The position numbers and the translations under genes were made by a program. A model generated the notes under the pieces. The model worked only from the letters and a program-made list of their open reading frames with translations. It did no database searches and was not told the origin of the DNA. From assembly GCA_050084515.1 (NCBI GenBank), contig CM114271.1:27032001-27096000 (forward strand): a DNA stretch of 64,000 nt, in the 5' to 3' direction. The stretch is from Blasia pusilla. Its lineage: Eukaryota. Below, one piece after another: positions 38,672 to 51,696 of this stretch; the stretch's first letter is position 1, and each line of letters opens with the position of its first letter.

Positions 38672-39680
38672 CTCTCTACGTGGATGACACTTTCATCGCC
38701 AACTCCATTCGTTTTGCGCTGCTTTATTTTGTCAAAACGAAGCTCCTCCAAGAGTTTGAAATGACTGATCTCGGTGAAGCTTATCATGTTTTGGGAATTC
38801 ATATCCAACGAGACCAACAACAAGGATGGATCAGGCTCAACCAGACGACTTACATCACCAACAAACTCAAACAGTTCAACATGCTAGGCTGCAAACCTAT
38901 CTCCACTCCTTTGGATTTTGGCCTTCATCTTAGTCAAGATCAATCTCATGTTCATCTTGATGACATTGCAGCAATGTCTTCTATTCCTTATAAAAGTGCT
39001 ACAGGAAGTTTAATGTGGGCAATGGTGTGCACTCGCCCCGATATTGCCTATTCTGTTAGCACTGTTGCACACTTTATGACCAATCCTGGTCCTATACACT
39101 AGACTGATGTCAAACGTATTTTCAGGTATCTCCAAGGGACAAAACATTACTTTCTCCAATATCAACGCTCATCTATTCCTTTTCATCTTCAAAGATATTC
39201 TGATGCTGCCTATGGAGATAAAATCGACTCCCAAAAATCTACTAGCGGATTTTGCTTTCTCCTTGAAGGAAGAGCAATTAGTTGGGCAAGTAGAAAACAA
39301 AAGTCAGTTGCTCTTTCAAGTACCGAGTCTGAGTACATTGCAATGACTAAAACTAGCACTGAAGCTATTTGGATCAGAAGATTACTTTACGAAATTGGTT
39401 TTACTCAGAAGATAACCGAGATCTTCTGTGACAACCAAAGTGCTATTGCTTTGGTCAGTTCTACAAAACATCATGACCGCACCAAACACATTGACATTCA
39501 ATACCACTATATCAAAGATCAAGTATCAAGTGGCAAAATTATTCTGACCTATATTTCAACTGCAAAGATGATTGCAGACATTTTTACTAAGGGTTTACAG
39601 AAAGGACCTCATTAGAAACATACTGAATCTCTAGGGTTAACTAGTAATCAAAATGGCTGATTTGTTCCCCTGAGTGGGAG

Positions 39681-40007
39681 TGTAGGAAATCAATAAAACC
39701 TGCGAAAAAAATCATCAAAGTACTGATCCAAGAATTGATCACACGCATCAATCCATACGAACGATCTAGATTTGATTAGGATCAATGTTCTGTTTATGAG
39801 CATTGATTATTGCTAGTAACGTTTCATCTTGCGAAACGATATATAGCTATGAGACATTTCTGAAGTGACATAGTTACCGTCACATCTTTTGATTACGGCT
39901 CTTAGTTTAGAGCAGACTTTACTACTTATGTATCGGCTTTTCAATCTATCAATACAGAGAACACAGAGAGTACAAACGCAATTTCAATTCATTCTGCAAT
40001 TCTCACA
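39681..40007 (+). repeat. Copia 3' LTR
   Basis: Preceded by the purine-rich tract GAGTGGGAG and followed by TSD TATGG. Confidence 0.95.
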
Positions 40008-40962
40008 TATGGCTCAATCTACGCAACATGTTGGATGTTGATGTGCATCCAAATGAACGCGGCAAGTACAATGATCATCAATATTTTCAATGTATATGCA
40101 TACCTTGATACTTGAATTCCAGACACTTGGCAAGGCTTATCACTCAGTCCAACAAAAAAATCAGACAATATCCAGCTTTCATCCGCACTTTTCACTCGGG
40201 GAAAAGTTGACTCCCTGACTGTCTGATTTATGATCCTTTCTAGAATGGAGGAGGAAAGATTGGATCACTTATCCACAAAGGGTTTAGGGAATTCTAGAGA
40301 GGAACTGACCTGATGGTACTCCTCTCATAGCTAAGCCGAGTCGTTAACATGATTTCAGGGATGGTGAAATGTGACAACAGAGTAGCTCATGAGAGCCCAT
40401 GGTCTTACACACAAAGCATGCCATGGGCGGTTTTGTACATGGAGCTTGGTTTTTTTTCCCTCAAAACATTTGCACCTGTGCAAGCTTCTAACATTGGACT
40501 CCAGGTCTCCAACACTGGACCCCAACTCTCCTTGGCAATGACTGCTAGCACCGAGCTAGCCACTTTCCTTAACTTCTATTAGGGGGCCAATGTATTTATC
40601 ACTTTATTATGGGTTATTTTCCATAAACGGTGTTGAGTTCTGAGTGGGTAAGACCTCCTTTCTGTGGAAGGCAGTCAACTATTGTTGGTCATCGGTGATA
40701 AATAGAGGGTTGTGACCCAAGACAGATATCAATCGAAGTGATGGATATAGGATTGTAGTTCCAGAAATGATTTAATTGCAATTGGTCCTGGGCATGGGAT
40801 TATCTGATGTACAGTTTCACCTTCTTCTTTCTTGGAACCAGAATCTCTAGAAGTGGCATGCCTTGTTTCAAATAAAAATACGTGTCACAACCTTGACAGC
40901 ATATCATCCACGGACATCAATGCGAGGACAAGGGAGTCTTTCACATACATTTATTTATATTA

Positions 40963-41142
40963 CTAGTATAAAGCCTGTGCGATGCATGCACTGGAGGGAA
41001 GTGATTAATGATGCTGCAGCAAATTCATAAACTTTTTTCTTGGTGCTCTTAGTATGGGAACGTGTTCTTGCTGTCCGGTTGTCATATGTCAATCACACAG
41101 GTGTTTGCAAATCAAAAAGGTACTCTCCAAGAATAATATAGG
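40963..41142 (-). mobile_element. Short non-autonomous Helitron-like element
   Basis: The minus-strand 3' end is GTGCATGCATCGCACAGGCTTTATACTAG|T. The 5' end resembles (T)CTATATTATT. Same family core as 12328-12469. Confidence 0.6.
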
Positions 41143-41653
41143 TTAATGGAGATGCGAGATCATTTGTGGTTATTATGCGAGGAAAGTGAAGTTTCATTAT
41201 TCACCACCCCAATTATAATCCCCGGAAGGATTTGGAGTTAATTCCATGGTCTATGTATGCCACCGGAACAGTCGAATCTTGTTATTTGAGAATATTTTGA
41301 AATCTCTAAACAACAATTAGTATGATATCATGGTATGAACTCAATCCAAAATCAATTGCATCAGGTGAAAGAAATAGTGATTAGGCTAGTGTGAACATGA
41401 AATAAGACATGAAAATACACATTTGAGTTCTTGGGCCAGTTGCAATAAATGGAAAATTAGGTTTATCTGAAAACTTGATAGGATATAAAAGTATGTAATG
41501 AAGAGAGAAGGGATACTTGAAAAGTTGATTTGATTTTTTATTTGGGATTTTTTTAAAAATTTCAATCTTGAAGCATTGATGTTATTAACAAACTCATGCA
41601 ACTATTCAAGACATAAATATGGTTGTGCGTCCTGGTGACTCCATACACCATCT

Positions 41654-44600
41654 TGTCACATCATAGTTAGCCGACAAATACAATTCATAAGATTGTTCAA
41701 GCATAAATCCTTCCTTAGTGTTTATATGAGGTTAGTGATAACTCAATTGCGTCGAGATTGTCATTTTGAACAAACCCTCTATTTTGCTATTTTGGGCTAG
41801 GTGACCCATTGATGGGTTCAACGATCATCATGTTGCCATTTTAGGCTATTTTTGGGGGAAGAGCTCTTTTAGCCCTTCCCAAGGGTATAAAGGCGGGAGA
41901 GATGGCTTTCATTGGCCATCTCTCTCATATTTAGCCTTTAGAGCATTCATCCTTTTAGGGTTTCATAGAAGTTTGAGTACTAGAGTTTGGATTCCCTTAT
42001 GGCAGAGGGTGGATGTGGCTTGATACAGAGATATACATTTGGGAGTGAAGTTGATTGTGTGAGTTATTTTTACGAGATGACGTCCGTACTCCTTAGAGTG
42101 GAGACATGACACACTTGGATTTACACATTTATTATGTGGCAGTGTTCGAAGGAAGGTATTAGAATGCTAAATCTCTTTGGAGGGATTTAGCTCAAGGTTA
42201 GTTATAGTGTTGTTGGCAATCATACAAATGCATCAGTACCTCTATGTTGGGAGAGATGAGATCACACAACGATATCCTAATTTATTACTAGAATTTGTAA
42301 TATAATACAGGAATACTAGTGTACACTATCTTTTGGTATTTCTTTTTTGGGGCATAAGACCTAGATAGAGTTGCCACCATTGATTTGGTAATCTCTAGAT
42401 CGCCCTGCTAAAGTCATTAATTGGATTTTCGAGGACTTGGTTTGTATGATCTGAGGTCGAACATGGGATTGAGCATATTTTGGGATATGTTGTGTGTATT
42501 GTAGCACATAACATGCTAGATGTTATTGCAAGGCACATGTCGTGCGCATACACATCGCTACACAACATACATCGTTATCACCGAACACACACGCAAACAC
42601 TCACGATCCCATGCTAACTCATGGCATCCAAACAACGAGACAAGAAGTACTAAAATATCTCCAATAAAGTAAGATCCAATCTCTCTCTACACCATCTCAT
42701 ACCATAGCTCTCAAAAGTGTGCATTCTCTCTCATGTCAAACCAAACCCACTCTCTTGATGAGAGACTTGGGTTACACTCACAAGGCAAGGGACCATAGCT
42801 CCGCCGCCTTATGCCAAGAGGTTCAACAAAGAGAGAATGGTCTCTCAAGTTCTCTCTCCTTGAGGTATACCCATCCCCTCTCCCAAGCTCTCTCCATAGT
42901 AACCTATTCTCCCAAGTCACCTCCTTGGCTCTTGACCTAATGTAGGAGGTCAAGGGCCACTTACCAAAAATATAAAGTCGATCATATACTCAAAATGGTA
43001 ATTACCTAAAATAGTAAGTTTCTCAATATGGCTCCAAATGAGCCTAAACGAAGGGGAAACCTGCTCTCTCAAGTTTCCCGGGGCCTCAACAGGTTACCCT
43101 CAACCTACTGAGCATATCCTCCACTATTCATGTAGGCGCTCTACTACATCTCACTGATCTATCCTAAAAGATGTGACATTTGTCGTGCATATACACATCG
43201 CTGTCACCAAACACACACACAAACGCGCACGATCCCATCCTAACTCATGGCATCCAAACAAAGAGACAAGAAGTACTAAAATATCTCCAATCGCTCCCCT
43301 AGTTGGTGGTTAGGTCCCTCTAATTCCAGATAGCCATCTATCCCTACCTACCATGACATACATCTCTCGCACACTAAGAGCAAGAAAGGCCAGGTGCTCA
43401 TGTGGCCCCATCATTAGTCGCCTTCTTGTCATCCATATCACAAAAGAAGTCGGAATCAAAACGAACCTGTATCTCCTCTATGTACATCTGGGATATATCC
43501 ATCGTCCTCGAGGAATCCTAGTGAGAGGTGGCGTCAGACATGCCATATGCCAACCTCTCGAACATCCATCACAGACTAGCATCGTGGCCGCACCAAGGGC
43601 AGAACCACACAACATACAACGCAAGCCTGCAAGAACTACTGTTAAGCTCGGATCTACTATACCATCAATGTTAGGAAGATGATATGGCGCACAATTACGC
43701 ACATGGTCCTTCCATACCATACCATCGTGCCCCTCCAGCAAGAGAACACTGGATGGCAAAACGTCACGCACTCTCAGGATAGTGCGCCCTGCAGTCACAT
43801 CCAATGTCGTCGATGTCGTTTGCTGAAAGAAGACATAATCTCTCTGATGAAACCTCTGGATAGTTGGTCGATAACCACCACCCCGAATAGTCACATACCT
43901 CAACGTATTCCGATGCTACGCAATCCCCAAGTTCTCGAACGCCATGGGCATCACTCTCCGAAATAACTCAGCTCTCTGAGAACATGCTCGCATCCATTCA
44001 TCTAGGTCATCAAGGTCTAGCACCTCACCAGCATCTCGACGAATGGCCGCAGGTAAATCTGGCTCTCAGCCATAAAGTAGCAAGTACGGTGAAAAAGACG
44101 CTAAGGATGCCTGCCTAATGAATCTCTATCCCATCGTCTGCACAACTCTCTCCGCTAATCCATCCGCCTCGAGACGATCTCGCGAAGTCGTGCGGTGGTT
44201 GATTAGCGCGTGATCACACAAGGTCTGGAACTCACCGCAAATCGGGTACTGATGCTCAACACTCACCGGTCGCCATAATGACTCAGCACTCTGTCAAGGA
44301 AGGCATAACCTACTCCCTCACTCGCTTTGTCAGGAAATACCTCGATCTACTTCGAGAAGTGCTCGACCATCATCAACACATAACGACTGTGACGCTCTGT
44401 CAAGGCAAAGGTCCTGCAAAATCCAAACTCCATCTATATCCTAAGCCCATGATCAGTAATGGATGCAATTGTGGAGTCGCAACATTGAACAATGCTCAGA
44501 CCCGATCACACACCATGCACCTGGCAAAAAACTGTTGAACGTCAATCTGCATGCCTCGCCACCAATACTGAATCTGGAGCAAGTTGTACGTCCGCTTCAT

Positions 44601-47600
44601 CCCAAAGTGATCCAACTCCTCATGGGCATGCTGCACTAGTCGTGCTCTCTGCAAAGGATGCAACACTACGTGTACTCTGCCATCCTCCCAAACCCTCAAA
44701 ATATGTGTCCCCTCCCAACGGAACTGTCTGGCCCGCTGTAGGATCTGATCCCGCTCTCTAGCACCCACGGTGCTCACAACGCTACCAGTACAAAGGTACT
44801 CCAAGACTTCTCCATCATCATGAATATCTCGGCCACTTGTCATGTCATCGCTATCCTCGGGATCCAAGGACTTTCCACTAGACCTCGCCATTGAAGTCTC
44901 CACACTCTAGCTCTCCATAGCCAACATGCCTAAATAGGCTGACGCGTGCCATTGTGGCAGTGACTCCTCATCACTCTCTCCATGCCATCGAGCTCCAATC
45001 GCATCTTGCTGACTTGGGCATGGGTTACGACTCAACCCATCTACATCCTAGTTGAGCGTCCCAGGTCTATGTACCACATGAAAATCATACTCCTGCAACA
45101 AGAGAGCCCATCTCGCAAGCTTCTGTGTAAGCTTGTCGGACTCCATCAACCACTTCGGTGGTTGATGATTAGTAATGATGGTAAAGGGATTGCCGAATAA
45201 GGAACACCTCAAATGCCAGACAGCCCACACTGCATCCAAGCACTCACCCTTATACGAGTTGTACTTCGCCTCTACAGCGTTGTTCGAGCGGCTAGCGTAA
45301 GCCACCACGAACTCTCTACCCTCATCATTATGTTGGGTGAGCACCGCTCCAAGCCCCAACATGCTCCAATATGTGTGCAACTGGAAAGGATGCCCCCTGA
45401 TCGGTATCCTCAAGATGGGCGTGGACGTCAACCTGTCCTTGAGCAACTGAAATGCTCGCTCTTACTCATCCCCCTAGTGCCACTCGTGATCCACCTTGGT
45501 CAGCAAGGTTAGCGGCTTCACAATCGAAGTGAATCCCTTGACGTACTGCCGATAGGAGTTCGCCAATCCCATGAATGCACGAACACGGCTCACATCTGTA
45601 GGGTGTGGAATGCGTGAGGTAGCCTCTACCTTCGTTTGCTGAACACCAAGGCCCCGTGGGTATATCGTATGACTCAAGTACTCAATCTGGTCGTAGAAGA
45701 ACTTGCATTTGCCTGGATGTAGCTTCAGCCCATGTAATTGCAATCATCGAAACACCTCCTCTAGATGTCGCTCATGCTCCTCAACCGTGGCGCTAAAGAC
45801 TATGATGTCATAAATATAACACCTAGAAAAATCCAGATCAGCCAAGATCCTATCCATGACCCTCTGAAACTCAATTGGGGCATTCTTTAACCCAAATGGT
45901 AAGAACCGCCACTGATACAAATAATCCTTCCCGTGAGGATCGATGCCCCAAAATGTCGTCTTTTGCATGTCCTCCAATCTGATAGGCAGCTGATGGTATT
46001 CGGCTCGCAAATCCAATGAACTGAAGAGCTTTGCGTGACCAATTGCATCAAAGATCTCCTCAGGGGTGGACAATGCATACCTATCGCACTTGGCATACCT
46101 ATCGGACTCGATGACTCTCAGCCTCGCGAGTAATCCCTGAATCATTGATCCCAAACATGCGGCACTCGATCTTCACTCTCCCTCCCCGAGACGTATAACG
46201 TACGACAACAAGCGGTGTGGTGCCGCAAATCGACCAAGCTATCATCTCATCGACAACCTACCCTCAACTCTAGACATCCCACACAGGTCTTTGTCCCCTA
46301 AACCACATTCATAAATGATGCTCTCAGCATCCACACAACCCAATATCCACAAATAAACTACCCAAATCCTTGAATCCCTTATGCGTGCAGGATAAAGGAC
46401 CAAAATAGGTAACCTGAACACATATTCATGTCGCTCCTCAACAACTACATATCTCGATCCCAACTCGGTCGTGGAGACAACTCTTCCAATGAGCAAGTCA
46501 TACTCCTCCCGTACTGACGCTGCTCAAAACTCCTCGATAGATTGTGCGGTTCCAACAGAACGGTGCGGCATTGCAGGTGGCACGGAACAACTACGAACGG
46601 AACGGCCCTCGATGGTGGGATGCGGCACTCGGCGGCATACCCTCCTCAATCAACAATAAACCCACACTCTGCTCCACAATAACGGAGCAACTCGTTGATG
46701 GAGACGGTGTGGTGCATCCATGAGCGGCACGGCACGGCAATCGACGGCGCGTTGCGGCTACGGGCGTCACGGTACGGTACTCGATAGTTGTCGAGCGGCT
46801 ACCAATCACAACATAACAACATGAAATCAAAACGAAAACACCATAACCGGAGGTCATCTACCATCACTGGTTAATGACGAAACAACGATGATGGTGGCGG
46901 CCAAAATTGCGTACGTGGTGGGACTTAAGTCAGAAAATCAATGAACGTTGTGGAAGACCTTCCACTCTCTAACGGCGGCAATGGCAACCAAAGGGTGGAC
47001 AACGGACGGTGGACCATTGACGATGATGGTTGACCGTTGATGGTGACGGCCGACCGGTGACGGTGATGGTTGACCATCAACGGTAGACCGTTGATGGTGA
47101 CTATGACGTCGACGGTCGCCGCCGGCGTGGCGGTTGGTTTGGGGTTTGAACAATTTAACCCTAAAAATTGCCTAGCAATGGCAATTTTGCAAGATTGACC
47201 ATAACTTTTTGCTCACAACTCAAAATTGCACACTATTTCTTGCACAACCTGCACAACTTTATGATCTACAACAACGTCAAAAAATATTTAGAATCAGACA
47301 TTCCAATAAAAACCGACAGGGATTGTCATAAAGCCCAATGTCTTTTTCTCTTAGACAAAATTTGGCAGCGCTTCTGCCCTGATTTCTCCCAACCAAAATG
47401 TAAAACCTATAAAAATACAAATCAACAAGCTACATGGTGCTCTCAAGAGCACCGGTATGGGGCAACCCGCCCCCATAATCAATCCCTATCATAAATTGGG
47501 CAGCGCTTCCGCGCGCCACTCTTCCACACGAAAAATCGACAAATGCAAAGAACAATCAAAATAGCCCTTGCTCCGGTGAGCACTCCCATGAGCTGCTGAA

Positions 47601-48598
47601 ACAACGAGGGACCAATGAGCTCCCCCATGAAGCTCTCTCACTCTCTCATTCTCTCTTTGTAAGTAAGATCCAATCTCTCTCTACACCATCTCACACCATA
47701 GCTCTCAAAGGTATGCACTCTCTCTCATGTCAAACCAAACCCACTCTCCTAATGAGAGGCTTGGATGAGACTCACAAGGCAAGGGACCATAGCTCTGCCG
47801 CCTTATGCCAAGAGGTTCAACAAAGAGAGAATGGTCTCTCAAGCTCTCTCTCCTTGAGATATACCCATCCCCTCTCCCAAGCTCTCTCCATGGTAACCTA
47901 TTCTCCCAAGTCACCTCCTTGGCTCTTGACCTGATATAGGAGGTCAAGGGCCACTTACCAAAAATATAAAGTTGATCATATATTCAAAATGGTACTTACC
48001 TAAAATAGTAAGTTCCTCAATATGGCTCCAAATGAGCCGAAACGAAGGGGAAACCTGCTCTCTCAGGTTTCCTGGGGCCTCAACAAGTCATCCTTGACCT
48101 ACTGAGCCTGTCCTCCACTAATCACAAAGACGCTCTACTACATCTCATCGATCTATCGTAAAAGACGTGACACACACGATCTGGAAGGATTATATGTGAT
48201 ATACTATCTTTCGAAAGTATGTGGGAAAGTTTATTCAATCTATGCAGTCATACATGTAGGTTTGAGGTGAATGTTGTGTGGATCTACAAGGGATGAAGCC
48301 ACAATGTTGGGATGTGATAGCTGTTCTAGAGTATCATATGTCGTATTTGGCACCTCATCAAGAAAAATTCACCCTTCTTGATGAGGCTCCGACAGAACAA
48401 TGATTATGTCCCAAATGTGCATAAATAATCCATTATGTCAAATGAATATGATGTGTGCTACTTGGAGTTAGGAGACCCAATTTCCAATTCGGGGGTGGTT
48501 GTGATCTTATTACATATGTATGAGTCAATTTTTGTATGTTTGCGGATCTACCTATGCGTTGGGAAGATCAATGAATAACGATGTCTATATGCACGACA
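41654..48598 (+). mobile_element. Old, internally deleted relative of the DNMT/PHD Gypsy family; host of the 42538-48172 insertion
   Basis: Begins TGTCAC and ends GCACGACA like the younger copies; flanks ATCT/ATCC (imperfect 4-bp TSD). Degenerate DNMT motifs I-IV at about 42100-42505 (EGIRMLNLFGGI, HQYLYV, IDLVISRSPC, FWDML). Degenerate integrase tail and PHD at about 48175-48425 (MLCGSTRDEATMLGCDSCSR..LCPKC). Confidence 0.7.
42538..48172 (-). mobile_element. Gypsy-type retroelement with split direct repeats (copy A); retains RT-RH-INT-PHD, lacks most of gag, PR and DNMT
   Basis: A1 47661-48172, B1 43181-43291, A2 42666-43178, B2 42538-42665; TSD CACA on both sides. RT at 45474-46100 (LPFGLKNAP). 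RH at 45048-45446. Integrase HHCC at about 44500-44630 and core at about 44130-44460 (WSLDFAGPLP, DGLAER). PHD at 43478-43630. Confidence 0.93.
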
Positions 48599-50117
48599 AT
48601 CCCTATTATATGACTCTAGTCATCAATTGTCTATGATATGACATATAGGACCACGACACTAATATGATAGGATCCTAAGCATCGTTACAACCCTTATGAT
48701 TATAATTTCTTATTACAATTTATGTGTCAATGATTAGAGCCTATCTAGAAGGAATTTTTGTAATTTAAATCAAAAGGATCAATATAGTATTAAATATTAT
48801 TGTGGTAGACAAAAAACACCCATCCACACCCTCTTCAATGTGAGTTTCCGCGATAAGTTATATTTTCTTTAGAGTCAACCCAAGCACCCATTGTGACGAT
48901 CCATTGGAGCCACCAAGACAAATCCTTTTTTTCAATCTCAACAAGCACACACCATTGGCCAAGTAATTGTGCATTGCCCTAGCAAACCCCTTCTTGGGAA
49001 AGTTGGTGGATTTGAAAGGCCCTTGGTACTTTACAAAAAATGCTAGTGTAGATCTTGTGCCATGCATGGGAGTGAAGGGACTAACCATGTTGCACACAAA
49101 TTCAAAATTTTATTTTTTGGCATGTACTATGGGAAACATTTTCTTGCTTCCTAGGTGCCACATGTCAAGCAGATATGTGTTCGCAAATCAAGAATTTAAT
49201 CTCCAATAATAATATAGATGAATTTTTTTTGCCTTTTTTTTTCAAAGTAACAGTTGGACCCCAACTTTTCTCACCTTGGACGATAATTCGATGTTGCAAC
49301 CAAGTGTATCCATCGCGGTTAGCAAACAGTCGTACACGCATAAGGGCATAACCAAAAAAATTCAATCATTTAGGTAAGTCTCACCCCACTTGCGTGGAGA
49401 TCTATAGATGACATCTCTTAAGTAGAATTTTGGATCTCCATTTCCATGGAAACTATTTTTCACCCATATCACTCAATTGCCTATACCTCATCGCAAGAAC
49501 TTACTAAGAATTTTTGGACCCCAAAACCAATCTACGTAGTAAAAAAGGATTGGGTTGGAGGAAACCTTCCTCCCGTGTTGACACGTGTACTTTCTGCCCT
49601 CCTTCGATGTTGACACATGTAATATTTAACACCAAAAAGAGCGAAATTAACCAGTTATAGACTTATCTAGCATAGTACTAGCATTATGCTATTCTTTAAG
49701 TCTAAGAACGTGGAGTTGGGGTGGCTCATATCCACCCAAACTTGGGTTTCCCTACAATATACTAGGGTTGCATTCATCACAAGATTCATGGTTTAGTTTC
49801 CAAATGGAAGGCCAACGCTTAAGCCATAGTAATTTTTTTCCAATGTTTACACTTAGTTTTTTTAGAGAGGTAGAAGGTCAATTTCTCCATAGATGTTAGG
49901 AATGAGAAATGGTGTCGCATCGCGTTGTAAACTAATTGCCCATTGCAAAAGAACTCTCATGGGAATTGCGAGTGTGGCACATTATGTTTGCACAAGTGTG
50001 AGTATCATTCCAATCACAATCTCGACTTCTCTAGAGAATTGAAAGTCTGGAGCTATAGGTCTGAATCAAGAACGGAACAGATCAACACTCTCCATTGATC
50101 ACAGATCAACACTCTTC

Positions 50118-50567
50118 TTAAGTGTTCCACCTTCTCGCTAGAGTGCTTCGTAGCCAATTTGGCTTTAGACTAGTGTCGTTATTTGGAGCCCTACATGAGC
50201 GTTTTGTCTGGCTTGGATGAGTATAATCTACAAGGTTCTCCATAAAGTTCATATGTCGCTCTTCTATCGTATCATTGCCATCCTGTTGTACATTTCTCAT
50301 CTGTTTACAACATGAGCCTCATTCACGGTTAGGTTTGATTCGGTGGTGCATTGTCCAAGGGAAGGGCAACCGATCCCGTGTAGTCAATGAATACTTCATA
50401 TTCAAATGTGACAATGTTATAGAGGCTGCACCACTCGCATTGCAATGCAATTCCCGAATGTCAGTGCATAGGATGACAGGAATACATCTGAGGATTGCGA
50501 CATGCGAGATTGTGAGCAGGTTGGGGAGGGTTTTGAGGGTTGAAGAAGCAGCACATTCACCATGCAC
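50118..50567 (-). pseudogene. Possible Ulp1/C48 protease relic of a DNA transposon
   Basis: NVQQDGND....MNFMENLV resembles the catalytic QQxNGxDCG..FME motif, but the Cys is lost. Highly degenerate. Confidence 0.3.
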
Positions 50568-51696
50568 TCTCAGCCACAGGACCCCAAATCGCGATAGAAA
50601 AACCGATGTTAACGCGACTTCCTCCGCCTTCGCCCTAAAGCTCGATCACAACCAACGTTTGCAACTCTCGTCCGACAGTAGCAAACCAAAACATCTCCAA
50701 TGCATCTCGTCAACACCCTGACTCAAACGCTGCTCGATTCATAGCACAAGATTGATAAGAACTGGGTAGTGGCATGATCGTACTCCTCCCAAAGCTCGAT
50801 CGGCTTGACTTAGCAGAATTAGGAGCTCTATCCCACATCCCCGCAATGCATGCATTTTCTTTGCCTCCGAGACATGGAATCGTCTAAACTTTAAACATCT
50901 CTTGCAACCCTCAGATTCATAGGAGTGCCTTAGCCTTAACGTATTCCAATTACCGCTTGAGCCCCTCACTCTATTCCGCCACAACTGCATTCTCCGGCGG
51001 GAAGTTTTGCTGTCAACGCCCTGTCCAAACCAGCCCCGTTCAAGCGGCGCGGCCCAGCCATCCGCTTTCGGCCGCAGCGTCTTGACCGCCAGAATCCAGC
51101 CAGCCACCCTTGGCAACGATATGATCACCATCGCTTTCCCTGCACGAATGTGGGGCCTACCTGAGGTGTGATAGAGGTATGCTCTCGATAGACTGTAATT
51201 TCATGTTTCCCTCCTAAGGAAGAAAAAAAGGGAGGACGATGTTTCTAAAGCCCGAAGCCTTTATGGTTGCGGGCTTAGGGGTTCCCACTAATTGGGAACC
51301 CTTGAGCGCCCTAACCTACCCATTATCTCCTAACTTACCCCCAACTCCCTAACTAACGTCTTTCCTCAAGGTTACCCCTATGGGCCTATCACGTCCTTTA
51401 AGATAGATCGGTGAGATCTAGTAGAGCATCTTCAAGAGTAGTGGAGGATAGGCCTAGGAGGTCGAGGATGACGTGTTGAGGCCCCGGCGAAACCAGAGAG
51501 AGCAGGTTTCCCCTTCGTTTTGGCTCATTTGGAACCATATTGAGGAACTTACTATTTTAGATGAGTACCATTTTGAGTATATGATCGATTATCTATTTTT
51601 GGTAAGAAGCCCTTGACCTCCTACATCAGGTCAAGAGCCAAGGAGGTGACTTGGGAGAATAGGTTACCATGGAGAGAGCTTGGGAGAGGGGAGGGA

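Larger units (their letters stand above)
25815..40007 (+). mobile_element. Ty1/Copia LTR retrotransposon, defective, interrupted by a DNA transposon
   Basis: LTRs at 25815-26123 and 39681-40007 (TGTAGG...TCTCACA). TSD TATGG at 25810-25814 and 40008-40012. tRNA-iMet PBS TGGTATCAGAGC at 26124-26135; PPT before 39681. Coding motifs: gag Zn knuckle, protease WYLDTGATHHM, LWHHRLGH, integrase (IHTDICGP, LRSENGGEF, PQQNGVS), RT (RLVAKGFTQ, LYVDD) and RNase H (CDNQSAI, TKHIDIQYH). The gag 5' end is deleted. Confidence 0.97.
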
